From Octopus sinensis (lineage: Eukaryota): a DNA stretch of 64,000 nucleotides. Both the position numbers and the translations under genes were made by a program. A model generated the notes under the pieces. The model saw only the letters and a list, made by a program, of their open reading frames with translations. It searched no databases and was not told the DNA's origin. This document shows positions 12,239 to 24,694 of this stretch, piece by piece. The stretch spans positions 35,030,001-35,094,000 of the forward strand of contig NC_043012.1 in NCBI RefSeq assembly GCF_006345805.1, in the 5' to 3' direction. How positions within the stretch are numbered: the first letter of the stretch is position 1; each line of letters begins with the position of its first letter.

Positions 12239-12360
12239 CAACGATGACGGCGGCAACAACAACAGCAACACCAGCAGATACAGACATAGCGCTGACAACA
12301 CACTCTCACAGAGATACATTGGATGTTCCGGAAACTCATTCGAGCAACGTCTCTCCAACC
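10632..12360 (+). pseudogene. Penelope-like element RT + C-terminal GIY-YIG endonuclease remnant (Naiad-like)
   Basis: LEAFEMDL..LKFRK; AFLTVKDHKPN..NPKYRLINPAKSEIG; FAQFDVDDFYLSIS; YGDDAL (degraded YRDD); LDLGSVTYRSYHK.NEKLMYINTASCHP; CSCRNRNRCLMGGNC..KGVVYKA...RYIG.SGNSFEQR. Multiple stops and frameshifts. Confidence 0.85.
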
Positions 12361-12490
12361 AAATTTGGTTTGTTCATCAACTTACGGATTTTAGAATGTT
12401 GGATTATTTATTCATTTTACAAATGAGAACAAATGAATAAATAATCCAACATTATAATATCCCTAAGTTGATGAACAAACTAAATTTGTT
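12357..12490. repeat. ~130-bp imperfect fold-back element
   Basis: Arms of about 60 bp (AAATTTGGTTTGTTCATCAACTTA... / ...TAAGTTGATGAACAAACTAAATTT) around a loop at 12418-12430. Confidence 0.85.
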
Positions 12491-12692
12491 TCTCCATTTT
12501 TTTTTATTTGTATTTATATATTTATGGTAAAAATATTTCTTTACCTTCGCCCATTTAATGCAATAAAGGAATTGCATTGCAATTAAAAACATTTATGTAT
12601 TAAGTTTTAGGGTATTGTACCAACAGTATATTGGATAATTAATATCCCACAGTGGGTTACATTCATAAGCCCTATCTTACTTTGTACTATAT

Positions 12693-12727
<35 letters not shown>

Positions 12728-13015
12728 CCGTAATAACGAAGGGTGAAATTAATTAATTTGGAATAATTATCATTACACCAAGTAGTCTTCGGCATGTAAA
12801 AGCCTCATTCGAGGAAAATTTAAGTAATACTAGCAATAAAGGGTTTAGCAACGAATTGCCTTACCACATACCGAATTTAGAAATAGCAGTCAAAGAGTTA
12901 TAGCTATTTCTTCTACTAAAAAGGGAGATCTCAGTAAAAACAGCAATTGGAAGGCAGACACAAACAGGTAAGAGAGAATGAATTGACGGCAATCTATCAT
13001 ACAATTTTAAGTTAT

Positions 13016-13113
13016 CTACGGACGTACGTTTCGAAATCAAGTTTTTAGGAAAGCATAAGAATTAAATATTAAATAATTCTATCTCACCAAAACTTCTTTT
13101 CTCTTCAGCGTAG
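13016..13113 (-). ncRNA. Type I hammerhead ribozyme with long helix II (593-bp family)
   Basis: Reverse complement of 13754-13851. Confidence 0.85.
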
Positions 13114-13753
13114 AATACTATAATCATAAATGATTATATATTGAATTTTGAGATACTAGAAGCACCAACTCAACTCAGTATCAGAGCGAGCTAGAATCCG
13201 CAACTAGTATCACCAAATTCAATGTGTGAATGAAAAGATTGTGTCACCAGCCCCTTCCCACCCGCGTGTAGCCAAAACAAGATGCTGTGGTCATCTACTG
13301 AGATAAAATATGGTTATCCGTAATAATGAAGGTGAAATTAATTAATTTGGAATAATTATCAATTACACCAAGTAGTCTTCGGCATGTAAAAGCCTCATTC
13401 GAGGAAAATTTAAGTAATACTAAGCAATAAAGGGTTTATTGCTTGTATTACTTAAATTTTCCTCGAATGAGGCTTTTACATGCCGAAGACTACTTGGTGT
13501 AATTGATAATTATTCCAAATTAATTAATTTCACCCTTCATTATTACGGATAACCATATTTTATCTCAGTAGATGACCACAGCATCTTGTTTTGGCTACAC
13601 GCGGGTGGGAAGGGGCTGGTGACACAATCTTTTCATTCACACATTGAATTTGGTGATACTAGTTGCGGATTCTAGCTCGCTCTGATACTGAGTTGAGTTG
13701 GTGCCTTCTAGTATCTCAAAATTCAATATATAATCATTTATGATTATAGTATT

Positions 13754-13851
13754 CTACGCTGAAGAGAAAAGAAGTTTTGGTGAGATAGAATTATTTAATA
13801 TTTAATTCTTATGCTTTCCTAAAAACTTGATTTCGAAACGTACGTCCGTAG
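13754..13851 (+). ncRNA. Type I hammerhead ribozyme with long helix II (593-bp family)
   Basis: CUACG-CUGAAGA-GAAA..AAGUUUU..[AGAAUUA/UAAUUCU]..AAAACUU..UUUC-GAA-ACGUACGU-C-CGUAG. Canonical core; predicted GUC cleavage after 13846. Confidence 0.87.
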
Positions 13852-14346
13852 ATAACTTAAAATTGTATGATAGATTGCCGTCAATTCATTCTCTCTTACC
13901 TGTTTGTGTCTGCCTTCCAATTGCTGTTTTTACTGAGATCTCCCTTTTTAGTAGAAGAAATAGCTATAACTCTTTGACTGCTATTTCTAAATTCGGTATG
14001 TGGTAAGGCAATTCGTTGCTAAACCCTTTATTGCTTAGTATTACTTAAATTTTCCTCGAATGAGGCTTTTACATGCCGAAGACTACTTGGTGTAATTGAT
14101 AATTATTCCAAATTAATTAATTTCACCCTTCATTATTACGGATAACCATATTTTATCTCAGTAGATGACCACAGCATCTTGTTTTGGCTACACGCGGGTG
14201 GGAAGGGGCTGGTGACACAATCTTTTCATTCACACATTGAATTTGGTGATACTAGTTGCGGATTCTAGCTCGCTCGGATACTGAGTTGAGTTGGTGCCTT
14301 CTAGTATCTCAAAATTCAATATATAATCATTTATGATTATAGTATT

Positions 14347-14444
14347 CTACGCTGAAGAGAAAAGAAGTTTTGGTGAGATAGAATTATTTAATATTTAATT
14401 CTTATGCTTTCCTAAAAACTTGATTTCGAAACGTACGTCCGTAG
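14347..14444 (+). ncRNA. Type I hammerhead ribozyme with long helix II (593-bp family)
   Basis: Same motif 593 bp downstream; predicted cleavage after 14439. Confidence 0.87.
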
Positions 14445-14636
14445 ATAACTTAAAATTGTATGATAGATTGCCGTCAATTCATTCTCTCTTACCTGTTTGT
14501 GTCTGCCTTCCAATTGCTGTTTTTACTGAGATCTCCCTTCTTAGTAGAAGAAATAGCTATAACTCTTTGACTGCTATTTCTAAATTCGGTATGTGGTAAG
14601 GCAATTCGTTGCTAAACCCTTTATTGCTTAGTATTA

Positions 14637-14705
<69 letters not shown>

Positions 14706-14722
14706 GCATATACATATGTGAG

Positions 14723-14755
<33 letters not shown>

Positions 14756-14954
14756 ATATATATATATACATATTAGAAGCAAACCCCTATGTGAACACAC
14801 TTATGCTAGAAATAGATCCGCTATGGTCTTTACTGAACCTTCAGTTTTTTTATATGCTAGACCACTGGTGTGAAATCGATCTTAATTAAATTAATATCTA
14901 ATTTCTCACCCTCATTTTAAATGTATATATATATATATACATATATATATATAC

Positions 14955-15011
<57 letters not shown>

Positions 15012-15012
<1 letters not shown>

Positions 15013-15350
15013 CTTTGACCCCCTTCGGTCATGAATGACCATGGGATTGCACCTAGAAAGTTACCCTCCTAGACACAAGTCTGGGCAAGGTTGTTTTTAT
15101 GGAAGGCCAGCAGTCGCCCATGCATACCAGCCTCCCCTCTCCACGCCACCATTGTTATCCAAGGGAAAGACAAAGGTCGATACAGCTTGGCACCAGTGAC
15201 GTCGCAACTCATTTCTACAGCTGAGTGAACTGGAGCAACGTGAAATAAAGTGCCTTGCTCTAGAACACAACACGCAGCCCGGTCCGGGATTCGAGCTCAC
15301 AACCTCACGATCGTAAGCTCGACGCTCTAACCACTGAGCCATGCGCCTTC

Positions 15351-15405
<55 letters not shown>

Positions 15406-15423
15406 TATATATTATATATATAT

Positions 15424-15457
<34 letters not shown>

Positions 15458-15808
15458 ATATATTTATATATCTTTGACCCCCTTCGGTCATGAATGACCA
15501 TGGGATTGCACCTAGAAAGTTACCCTCCTAGACACAAGTCTGGGCAAGGTGTTTTTATGGAAGGCCAGCAGTCGCCCATGCATACCAGCCTCCCCTCTCC
15601 ACGCCACCATTGTTATCCAAGGGAAAGACAAAGGTCGATACAGCTTGGCACCAGTGACGTCGCAACTCATTTCTACAGCTGAGTGAACTGGAGCAACGTG
15701 AAATAAAGTGCCTTGCTCTAGAACACAACACGCAGCCCGGTCCGGGATTCGAGCTCACAACCTCACGATCGTAAGCTCGACGCTCTAACCACTGAGCCAT
15801 GCGCCTTC
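15012..15808 (-). mobile_element. Two near-identical tRNA-derived SINE copies (15012-15350 and 15471-15808) separated by (TA)n
   Basis: Head GAAGGCGCATGGCTCAGTGGTTAGAGCG...GCTCGAATCCC with A/B-box-like motifs. The copies differ by about one base. Confidence 0.88.
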
Positions 15809-15861
<53 letters not shown>

Positions 15862-15883
15862 TATATATATTATATATATATAT

Positions 15884-15974
<91 letters not shown>

Positions 15975-16611
15975 GTGATAGATAGATAGACTTGTTGGTA
16001 GGTAGATATATATGTAATATCATTTTATGTTATATCTCAAAGCTTATTTCCAAGTGCATGTTAAAAATGAAATACTTCCCCCGGCATATTGATTGCTTTT
16101 TTTTTTGACTAAAAATACATGTACCACTAACAGTATATGTTTATTGTCAGTCATTGTTCTGCGTTTCGGCACTCAAGTGTCGATCGCGATATTTTGTATA
16201 TGTAATTGTGGAATGAAGCAGGTTTAGGGAAACGTAGAAAGGGTGACAGGAAGAGAGACAGATAAAGGAAAAAGGTGAGAATTTTTTTTGAAGATGTGTG
16301 GGCGAGTATACGTATAGGTGTGTGTAAGCGCTGGATGTGTGGAAGAAAATTTTTTTTTTTAAGGCGAGAGAACTTCTAACGCGGCAAAAGCCAACGTTAC
16401 TACTTGTATAGAACCGATCAGTTGGCTAAAATATATTTTTACTCATTAGGACATGGGAAAAGCATATCGCTTTAAGACTACTGCGTCAGTTTTTCGGGCT
16501 TGCATCGTGGTTATACCGATATAATGTAGGATAAATATAATAATAACAATAACTCTAGGATGGATTTTATAAATGGGGCCTCCTGAGGGACGACCTAGAT
16601 AGCTAGAGAGA

Positions 16612-17141
16612 ATTTATAGATATTTAATACATCACTACGCGCGTTTCCACAAATCACATGGCTTTAAAATCAAAGTTCATATCCTCGAGATGAGTATAGT
16701 ATAGTTCGTATTATCCGTTCAGGTGATACTGCTTTAGTGGATTAATCACAGAAGGAGGTTTATCCCTTCTCACCAGTATGAAGGCCAATCTAGCTATGTG
16801 GATATTTCTGTATGTACTTGGCAGGTGGAAGTAGGTGATGGGAGTAGAGGAAGGAATGGTATCCCTATATTGCTACCATTCCTTCCTCTACTCTCATCAT
16901 CTACCTCCCCCTGCCAAGTACACATAGAAAGACCCACATAGCTAGGTTGCCCTTCATACTGGCGAGAAGGGATTAATCCACTAAAGCAGTATCACCTGAT
17001 GAAATGAATCAATGATGATGATCAACCGATGTTCACGGATAATACGGACTATACTGTACTCATCTCAAGGATACGGACTTTCATGTTAAAGTCATGTGAT
17101 TTGTGGAAAAGCGCGTAGCGATGTATTAAATATTTATAAAA
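16612..17141. mobile_element. ~530-bp imperfect fold-back (MITE-like) element
   Basis: Nested inverted segments centred near 16866 (GAGTAGAGGAAGGAATGGTA / TACCATTCCTTCCTCTACTC), with asymmetric indels. Confidence 0.85.
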
Positions 17142-17179
17142 TCCATCTTAGACTTATTGTTATAATATATATATATATG

Positions 17180-17223
<44 letters not shown>

Positions 17224-17235
17224 ACACACACACAC

Positions 17236-17266
<31 letters not shown>

Positions 17267-18057
17267 TCGCACACACTCGCTCATATACACTTATAAATAT
17301 AAAATATCAGCGCACAGCATTTCCAAAGAACAATACAACAGTGTGAACTGTTCGGCATTGGTTTAACTGCTTTAAATCAGGAAATATGGGTGCCAAATGA
17401 AATGAAACATGGACCTTACAAAAGAGAGTGGCTAGACAAGGTCGAAAAGCCTAGTCGTATGTTGATGGCCTTGCACTCACAAAACATCGTAGCCAAAGTT
17501 TGATGGACATATACCGGATTTCTATTTCAGGACAGGAAACAGGAAACGATAACAGCCCGGCCAATTTGTCATCCGATCACTGGAAAACATCTACAATTAT
17601 CTCTCAAACAGCCTACTTTTTTTTAACTGGAGCAGTATTGTTTACTGAGAGTATTAGAATCTCACACTTCTTATTGTATTTATGTATTGAAAATTGAATT
17701 ACAAAATCTTGCAGTTTCTTCCAAACTCATTTGACGTTTCCCCAACAGTTGATCATGTTTTCAAGCATTTTGTGCTTTTATCCCCAATAAAAGCTTCAAT
17801 GATATAGAAGCCATAAATACTGCATTTACAAATTTTGTAAATGTGAAGCCTGAGAAATATTCTGAGAGATAGCATGTCAAACAATTCACGTTGTTATTAT
17901 ATATCATCCTTCATTAGATTACTCTAAAATAACATTTCTTTTTAACAATCTTACGTACATCCACACAAACACGCACACACGTATGTATGCGTATATACAT
18001 TTACATTTGGAACTCAGGCTTCTTACCATATAGCCACGCCTGTATATATATATATAT

Positions 18058-18520
18058 AATAAGAAAAAGGATATTCAGAGGTATTGTAGTACGATCCTTT
18101 CGTGCAACTCAATTTAATTGAACAATGCAATCATTACATCAATTTAAAATGTAGAGCAATCTTCAGCTGCACAAAGACATAGAATTTAATTAAATTTAGA
18201 ACAGATGGACACATTAGTATAATTATACCTGAAATCTCCAAAAAGTTAAGGAGAAAAACAAAGAACATGTTGTACCTACAACAGTATGGTCGTAACTGTT
18301 GTAGATGCCACATTTTTTGTCTATCTCCTTAACGTCTTGGACATTTTAGCTATAATTATACTAATGTGTCCATCTGTTCTAATTTAATTAAATGCTATGT
18401 CTTTGTGCAACTGAATATTGCTCTACATTTTAAATTGATGTAATGGTTGCATTGTTTAATTCAATGGAGTTGCATGAAACGATCGTACTGCATTACCTCT
18501 GAATACCCTTGTTACTTATT
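18058..18520. mobile_element. ~460-bp imperfect fold-back (MITE-like) element
   Basis: Arms of about 215 bp around the central hairpin CTACAACAG/CTGTTGTAG (18276-18304). Confidence 0.85.
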
Positions 18521-18658
18521 TTGATTTTAATCACCTTATTTTGAAATTGCATGGATAATACCGTACTAAATTCAGGTGCCTCAACTGAAATACCTTACTC
18601 ATCTGAATCTAAATTTTTGCTGAACTCATCTACCATACCTAATATATATATATATATA

Positions 18659-18924
18659 AATTCACAATCACTAAAAGTGACCAAGAGTGCAAAGGGCACC
18701 AGCATTGCTAGAAATCGGAGTCAAAGACCCCTTAGTCACAAAAAGTGTCATGTTCTATTTGAACTGACGGGGAGATAACAACTCTCCATCGAAAGCGAGA
18801 TGTATTAGATTAACGTTAGTTCAACTAGCACATGCGCCTTTTTGTGGTTAAGGGGTTTTTGACTCCTATTTCTAGCAATACTAGTGCCCTTTGTACCCTT
18901 GGTCACTTTTAGACACGGTGAATT
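18659..18924. mobile_element. ~265-bp imperfect fold-back (MITE-like) element
   Basis: AAAAGTGACCAAG..TGCTAGAAAT.GGAGTCAAA.ACCCCTTA pairs with TAAGGGGT.TTTGACTCC.ATTTCTAGCA..CTTGGTCACTTTT. Confidence 0.8.
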
Positions 18925-19462
18925 ATTTTCTTTTTGGTTTTGAATTACTTCTAGCCACCTTTATCATTTTACACACACACACACACAATTCCTATATTCA
19001 ATTATGAATTAAAAGTAGTGATAGAGTTGAAAACACTATCGCCTGCACATACTCAGTGCATGTGTTTTGCTTGTTCGCCGGTTCGCTACTCCACAGCGCT
19101 CTGGGGAGGATTCCTTCATAGCACTGGATGTTAAAACTCCTTGGAATGAGCAACATGTTCTATTGCATAATGCTACCATTATTTCATCGACAGTATTAAC
19201 GCTGGAGCTTCTGTGATTTGCGGAGTGAGCGGTAAGCAAGCGAAATCTTCAGAGGTAGAACTTGCATGAAACAAGTGTTTCATCCCGTTAGTTCCTGACA
19301 CTCTAAGGAAGCCGGGAACACCTAGCTAGGGACTTCTAGGTGGCCTCCTGCTTTTGAAATAATGCATCATGTCAGTATTATTACAACAACAAGAAAAAGT
19401 CAATACTTCGGTATATGTATAAAGCCGTTTGTTGAAGCAATCTTTATTCCACAAAATATATT

Positions 19463-19898
19463 CTATTTCTTTACTACCCACAAGGGGCTAAACACAGAGG
19501 TGGGCGAACCGATTATATCGACCCCAGTGCGTAACTGGTACTTATTTTAAGGCGGCGAGCTGGAGGAAACGTTGGCACGCCGGGCGAAATGCGTAGTCGT
19601 ATTTCGTCTGCCGTTACGCTCTGAGTTCAAATTCCGCCGAGGTCGACTTTACCTTTCATCCTTTCGGAGTCGATTAAATAAGTACCAGTTACGCACTGGG
19701 GTCGATGTCTGTCCTTGTTTGTCCCCTCTGTGTTTAGTCCCTTGTGGGTAGTAAAGAAATAGGTACTTATTTAATCGACCCCGAAAGGATGAAAGGCAAA
19801 GTCGACCTCGGCGGAATTTGAACTCAGGACGTAGCGACAGACGAAATACGGCTACGCATTTCGCCCGGCGTGCTAACGTTTCTGCCAGCTCGCCGCCT
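19463..19898. mobile_element. Plus-strand SINE (19551-19761) nested in a minus-strand copy of the same family
   Basis: TSD GGTACTTATTT(T)AA at 19537-19550 and 19762-19774. The outer halves rejoin into one element. Confidence 0.85.
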
Positions 19899-20862
19899 TT
19901 AAAGACAATATTATTCGCCGTTTTACTATTTTGCTACACACCACCTTAATAGTTATGTAGCTGTAGAAAAGGGTTTTAGTGAACTCACAGTTTTGAGTAG
20001 TCATCATCATAACCAAGCATACTTTTCACGCTTTGATGTCAGAAGTCGCAATTTCCAGACAGAAGCAATAAAGAGAACTACAACGGTCAATGTTCTTGGC
20101 ACTCCTAGTCATGTGTTAAAATAAATATTTAGTTTTTGTTGCACGCGTTTAACACTTGTAATAGTGTTAACTAATACATATAGACCTTTATTGTAGCTAT
20201 TTACCATTTGCATATCAGGCATTGTTGACGTTTTGTCCTTCTCTCTGTATAAGTGGGAGATAGTCAAAAGATCGCATAATTGGTTCGTTGTTTAATAAAC
20301 GCCGGTTTCGTGATGACACGTGCATCCTTGTCGCTTTCCTCTCCTCAGTACATCATACTGTCCTGTTTTATTTTCATTTCTGATTGCTAATTTATGTTTC
20401 TGGAAATTTGTGAGTCTTTTCTATCTTCATTGATATTTTCTAAGGTTTTAATGATCTCTTCAAGATTTATACCAAATACTTTTGTGTAATTAATGAAACA
20501 TTGGTACGGGTCTTGTACATCCGTTGCTTTTTCAATGATGTACCTCCAAATATACACATTAGCTGTTCCTTTACTCTCAACAAATCTTTATTATGCTTCT
20601 CATATCTGTTTCTGGATCAGACAATTAGGACTCACAGCAACATTTGGCTGATGTGTGTATATAGACGCACGTGAGTCTGCAGTAGACGTGTGTATAAAAT
20701 GTACGTATACTCACGCTATCAAGTATGTTCTATAAAATCAAGCAAGCTGAAAAATGTACTTAGAAAGTTCTTGTACAGTTATATTTATATAATGAAATTT
20801 GAAGGGCTGCTGACTGCAAAAACTTTAAGTTTTTGATTGTAAAAATTGTTTGCAAGGGACGT

Positions 20863-21223
20863 CTGTTGCTGTTGAGCGAACGATCTTCGTCCCAGAGCTC
20901 GCAAGATGGGAGAAGTCCGAAACGTGGTCCTTTGCTATTCGTAAGACCCGCAGAAGAGAAAGCAGGTCAACCCCCGACACCGAGAGTATTGACGGATGAA
21001 TGCGCATCCAGGCTCAGCGGTTGCGTAGGAAGTCGGGGACAAGAAACAGGAAGAAAGAGTGAGAGAAAGTTGGAGCGAAAGAGTACAACAGGGGTCGCCA
21101 CCAGCCCCTGCCGGAGCCTCGTGGAACTTTAGGTGTTTTCGCTCAATAAACACATACAGCGCCCGGTCTGGGAATCGAAACCGCGAGTCCGCTGCCCTAA
21201 CCACTGGGCCATTGCGCCTCCAC
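20863..21223 (-). mobile_element. tRNA-derived SINE with (CAACAG)n tail
   Basis: Head GTGGAGGCGCAATGGCCCAGTGGTTAGGGCAGCGG...TTCGATTCC. Same family at 24091-24445 and 52735-53100. Confidence 0.88.
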
Positions 21224-21885
21224 TGTTGCTGTTGTTATATTGCACAGCTATAAAAAATGTCATCTAACTGGCGAGATGTAGGTCTCTGTGATATGGCCGT
21301 GCCAACTGCAGCTGGTACTGCTACTGTTGTTTGTTAATAGCCGTGTTGGTTAGCATAACATCTCAGTAACCGCTGCTATCTCTGTCAGTGATTAAGTATG
21401 CTAGTTAATATTGCATCGTGAGTAGAATCAACTCAATGCAGCCATAAATGAAATACCTGGGTGCCATTTCACTTAGCCGGATCACATGTGCTGTCTTCTT
21501 TTTATCAGGAGAGATCCGCTGCAAGTATATTATGAACACACAAAATGTACTGAGTAGAAAAATAATCAAGTGTTTCTAAGTATTGTGGCTGTTACACATT
21601 TACAGACAGGGTATAATATCAATAATCCGTCAGTGTGTAATATAGCCATAATACTTTATGTTTTATATTGAAATGTGTAATTTAAAATTTTCTTAGAGAA
21701 CTCGATTAACACGGTTAATTGCATAATAATCTCACTCAAGAGTCAACATGCAAGAATTGAAACTAGGCGGCAGACTCGGCTGGGTGTTAATTTTAAAGTG
21801 ATCCTCAAGACAAATTAGTCACTCGGTTTTATAGTGTTACTGTTTAGACCCAAATAAGCCATGAGCTAGGTGGTATATGATCAAA

Positions 21886-22301
21886 GGCGGCGAGCTAGCA
21901 GAAACGTTAGCGTGCCGGGCGAAATGCTCTGCCGTATTTCGTCTGCCGTTACGTTCTGAGTTCAAATTCCGCCGAGGTCGACTTAGCCTTTCATCCTTTC
22001 GGGGTCAATTAAATATGTAGCAGTTACGTACTGGGGTCGATATAATCGACTTAATCCGTTTATCTGTCCTTGTTTGTCCCCTCTGTGTTTAGCCCCTTGT
22101 GGGTAGTAAAGAAATAGGTATTTCGTCTGCCGTTACGTTCTGAGTTCAAATTCTGCCGAGGTCGACTTTGTCTTTCATCCTTTCGGGGTCAATAAACTAA
22201 GTACCAGTTACGCACTGGGGTAGATATAATCGACTCAATCCGTTTGTCTGTCCTTGTTTGTCCGCTCTGTGTTTAGCCCCTTGTGGGTAGTAAAGAAATA
22301 A
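21886..22301 (+). mobile_element. SINE dimer (full copy plus 184-bp headless copy)
   Basis: Junction at 22117|22118. 13-bp TSD GTATATGATCAAA at 21873-21885 and 22302-22314. Confidence 0.88.
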
Positions 22302-22921
22302 GTATATGATCAAAGAGCTAACAGCTATGATCCAACCGCCTTTCTTTTCCCTCAAATACAGTGTATCGAGGAACACGTTGACCAATTTGTTCATTCTACT
22401 TTTTAAGTCGGTGGGGTGTGATTTGAGTCGATACCAAGTCGACTGACCACGTAGCTTCCCTTGTCTTCTCGTTACAGAGTTAATTCAATGCAAAGTACAT
22501 TTAAAATCTCAATCTCTTGTCTTTTTCTATGTTATTCGTCTTCTTACCTTACTAGCTTTCTAGGACAGTTTCACAATGATTAATTACTCTTAACTAGTTT
22601 CAGGCAAAATAAAACCAACAAACAATTTATCCGATCTAAGCTTACATTTTGCTTAAACTCCTCAGCGAGAGTACTCGCACGCGCGAACACACAGAGACAC
22701 CCCTTCCACTCCCCACATAGTATTAATACATGTATCAAAGCCAAGAGCCATCATGCATGTTATAACGAAATAGCTATTTCTTATTTATTAGCATATTCAT
22801 GTCTTTGAGAAACGGGTGACGAGAAATCTTCAATTAAACTTGAATTACGTGAGTTTCTAGAACACGGCTCCAGAAGTGAGCTAGGCTTGTCTGTGTTTCT
22901 GATTTCTGACCAAGTATGTCG

Positions 22922-23615
22922 ACTTTGTTCCTAGTTACATATTTCTTTACTATATATATATTTCTTTACTTTGTTCCTAGTTATATATTTCTTTACTATA
23001 TATATATTTCTTTACTTTGTTCCTAGTTATATATTTCTTTACTATATATATATTTCTTTACTTTGTTCCTAGTTATATATTTCTTTACTATATATATATT
23101 TCTTTACTTTGTTCCTAGTTACATATTTCTTTACTATATATATATTTCTTTACTTTGTTCCTAGTTACATATTTCTTTACTATATATATATTTCTTTACT
23201 TTGTTAATAGTTAGTTACATATTTCTTTACTATATATATATTTCTTTACTTTGTTCCTAGTTACATATTTCTTTACTATATATATATTTCTTTACTTTGT
23301 TCCTAGTTATATATTTCTTTACTATATATATATTTCTTTACTTTGTTCCTAGTTATATATTTCTTTACTATATATATATTTCTTTACTTTGTCCTAGTTA
23401 TATATTTCTTACTATATATATATTTCTGTTACTTTGTTCCTAGTTAATATTTCTTTCTTTATATATATATATTTCTTTTCTATTTACTTTTTGTTCCTAT
23501 TACTATTTCTTTATATTATTTCTTTACTTATACTATATATATTCTCTATACTTTGTTCCTAGTTATATATTTCTTTACTATATATATATTCTTTACTGTT
23601 CCTAGTTATATATCC
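22922..23615. repeat. 46-bp minisatellite, about 15 copies
   Basis: Unit ACTTTGTTCCTAGTTA(C/T)ATATTTCTTTACTATATATATATTTCTTT; degrades after about 23380. Confidence 0.92.
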
Positions 23616-24090
23616 TTTATTTGTATATTTTCTTTACTTTGGTAGGACTGACATTGCCAGTTTCACGAATCGCGTGTTGGTGTGGTGCGGGAGTCAGATT
23701 ACTTCTAACGCATAAAAAAATGGCGTCTTCTTTGGAGTCCTCTGTTGAAACTATTCTAATTTGTTCAATGCTAGCGAGGGTTATTCCGATAAACGCTGTC
23801 CAGAATATTAGGCTTTGATTTTGTGCTATATACTACAGGGTGTTCGGGCTAAATTTGACGATTTCTTTATGTTTCCTTTTTATTATTTTTATTAGTATCA
23901 GCATGATGAATCGGTGAACAGTCGACGGCGCTTAAGTGCATGAAGATTAAAGTTGTAGTTGAGAAAAAGTTAGCTGACATGGAGAACTGGAAGCTGTTTG
24001 AATATTGGAAAACAGTTACCTGTATCAGGATGATTCGTACCGCTTATCAAAATGTCAACATAATGACTACTGCTCAATACTCTGTGAATA

Positions 24091-24445
24091 CTGTTGCTGT
24101 TGAGCGTAGCGGTCTTCGTCCTAGTAGGAGAAGTCCGAAACGTGGTCCTTTACTATTCGTAAGACCCGCAGAAGAGAAAGCAGGTCAACACCCGACACCG
24201 AGAGCATCGACGGATGGATGAATGCGCATCCAGGCTCAGCGGTTGCGTAGGAAGTCGGGGACAAGAAACAGGAAGAAAGAGTGAGAGAAAGTACAACAGG
24301 GATCGCCACCATCCCCTGCCGGGGCCTCGTGGAGCTTTAGGTGTTTTCGCTCAATAAACACACACAACGCCCGGTCTGGGAATCGAAACCGCGATCCTCC
24401 GACCGCGAGTCCGCTGCCCTAACCATTGGGCCATTGCACCTCCAC
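24091..24445 (-). mobile_element. tRNA-derived SINE (family of 20863-21223)
   Basis: Aligns by eye over head and body. Confidence 0.88.
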
Positions 24446-24694
24446 TGTAAATGCTGTAAGACGTGATATGGACAGCTGCGAAGAAGACTACGAAGCGGTG
24501 GCCAACAGTAGGGGCATATCAGTTATTCTGACTGAGTCCGTGCGCCGGAATTTATCCTTTTGTATTTGAATAGGGTCTTAGGCTCAATTTAAACAGCTAT
24601 ATAAAGGTGCTGGAGACTGGTCAATCCCTGGCTAGAGAGGTCATATATGGGGCAGCGGAATTCGGCTCTTTGTCACATCTCCAGAAAGAGTCAG

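Larger units (their letters stand above)
12724..14640. repeat. ~593-bp hammerhead-bearing unit: ~1.2 copies in one orientation, then ~2 copies inverted (fold-back at 13432-13434)
   Basis: TTATCCGTAATAA recurs at 12724 and 13314. TTTATTGCTT recurs at 13435, 14027 and 14620. Flanked by (TA)n. Confidence 0.92.

Noticed and set aside
13461-13500. Second hammerhead-like string in the 593-bp unit (CGAAUGA-GGC..GCC-GAAG)
   Set aside because: G5 and A15.1 equivalents are wrong, and no helix I or III can be formed.
17400-17640. Possible RTE-type LINE remnant (NETWTL..)
   Set aside because: Only a short motif; the rest needs several frameshifts.
19036-19240. Candidate exon (CACAG acceptor at ~19104, GTAAGC donor at ~19232)
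   Set aside because: All three plus-strand frames contain stops and no peptide is recognisable; a UTR exon cannot be supported from sequence alone.
20905-20935. CCGAAAC-GUG-GUC motif in the SINE family (antisense to the SINE)
   Set aside because: No CUGANGA-like segment or closing helix I in any copy.
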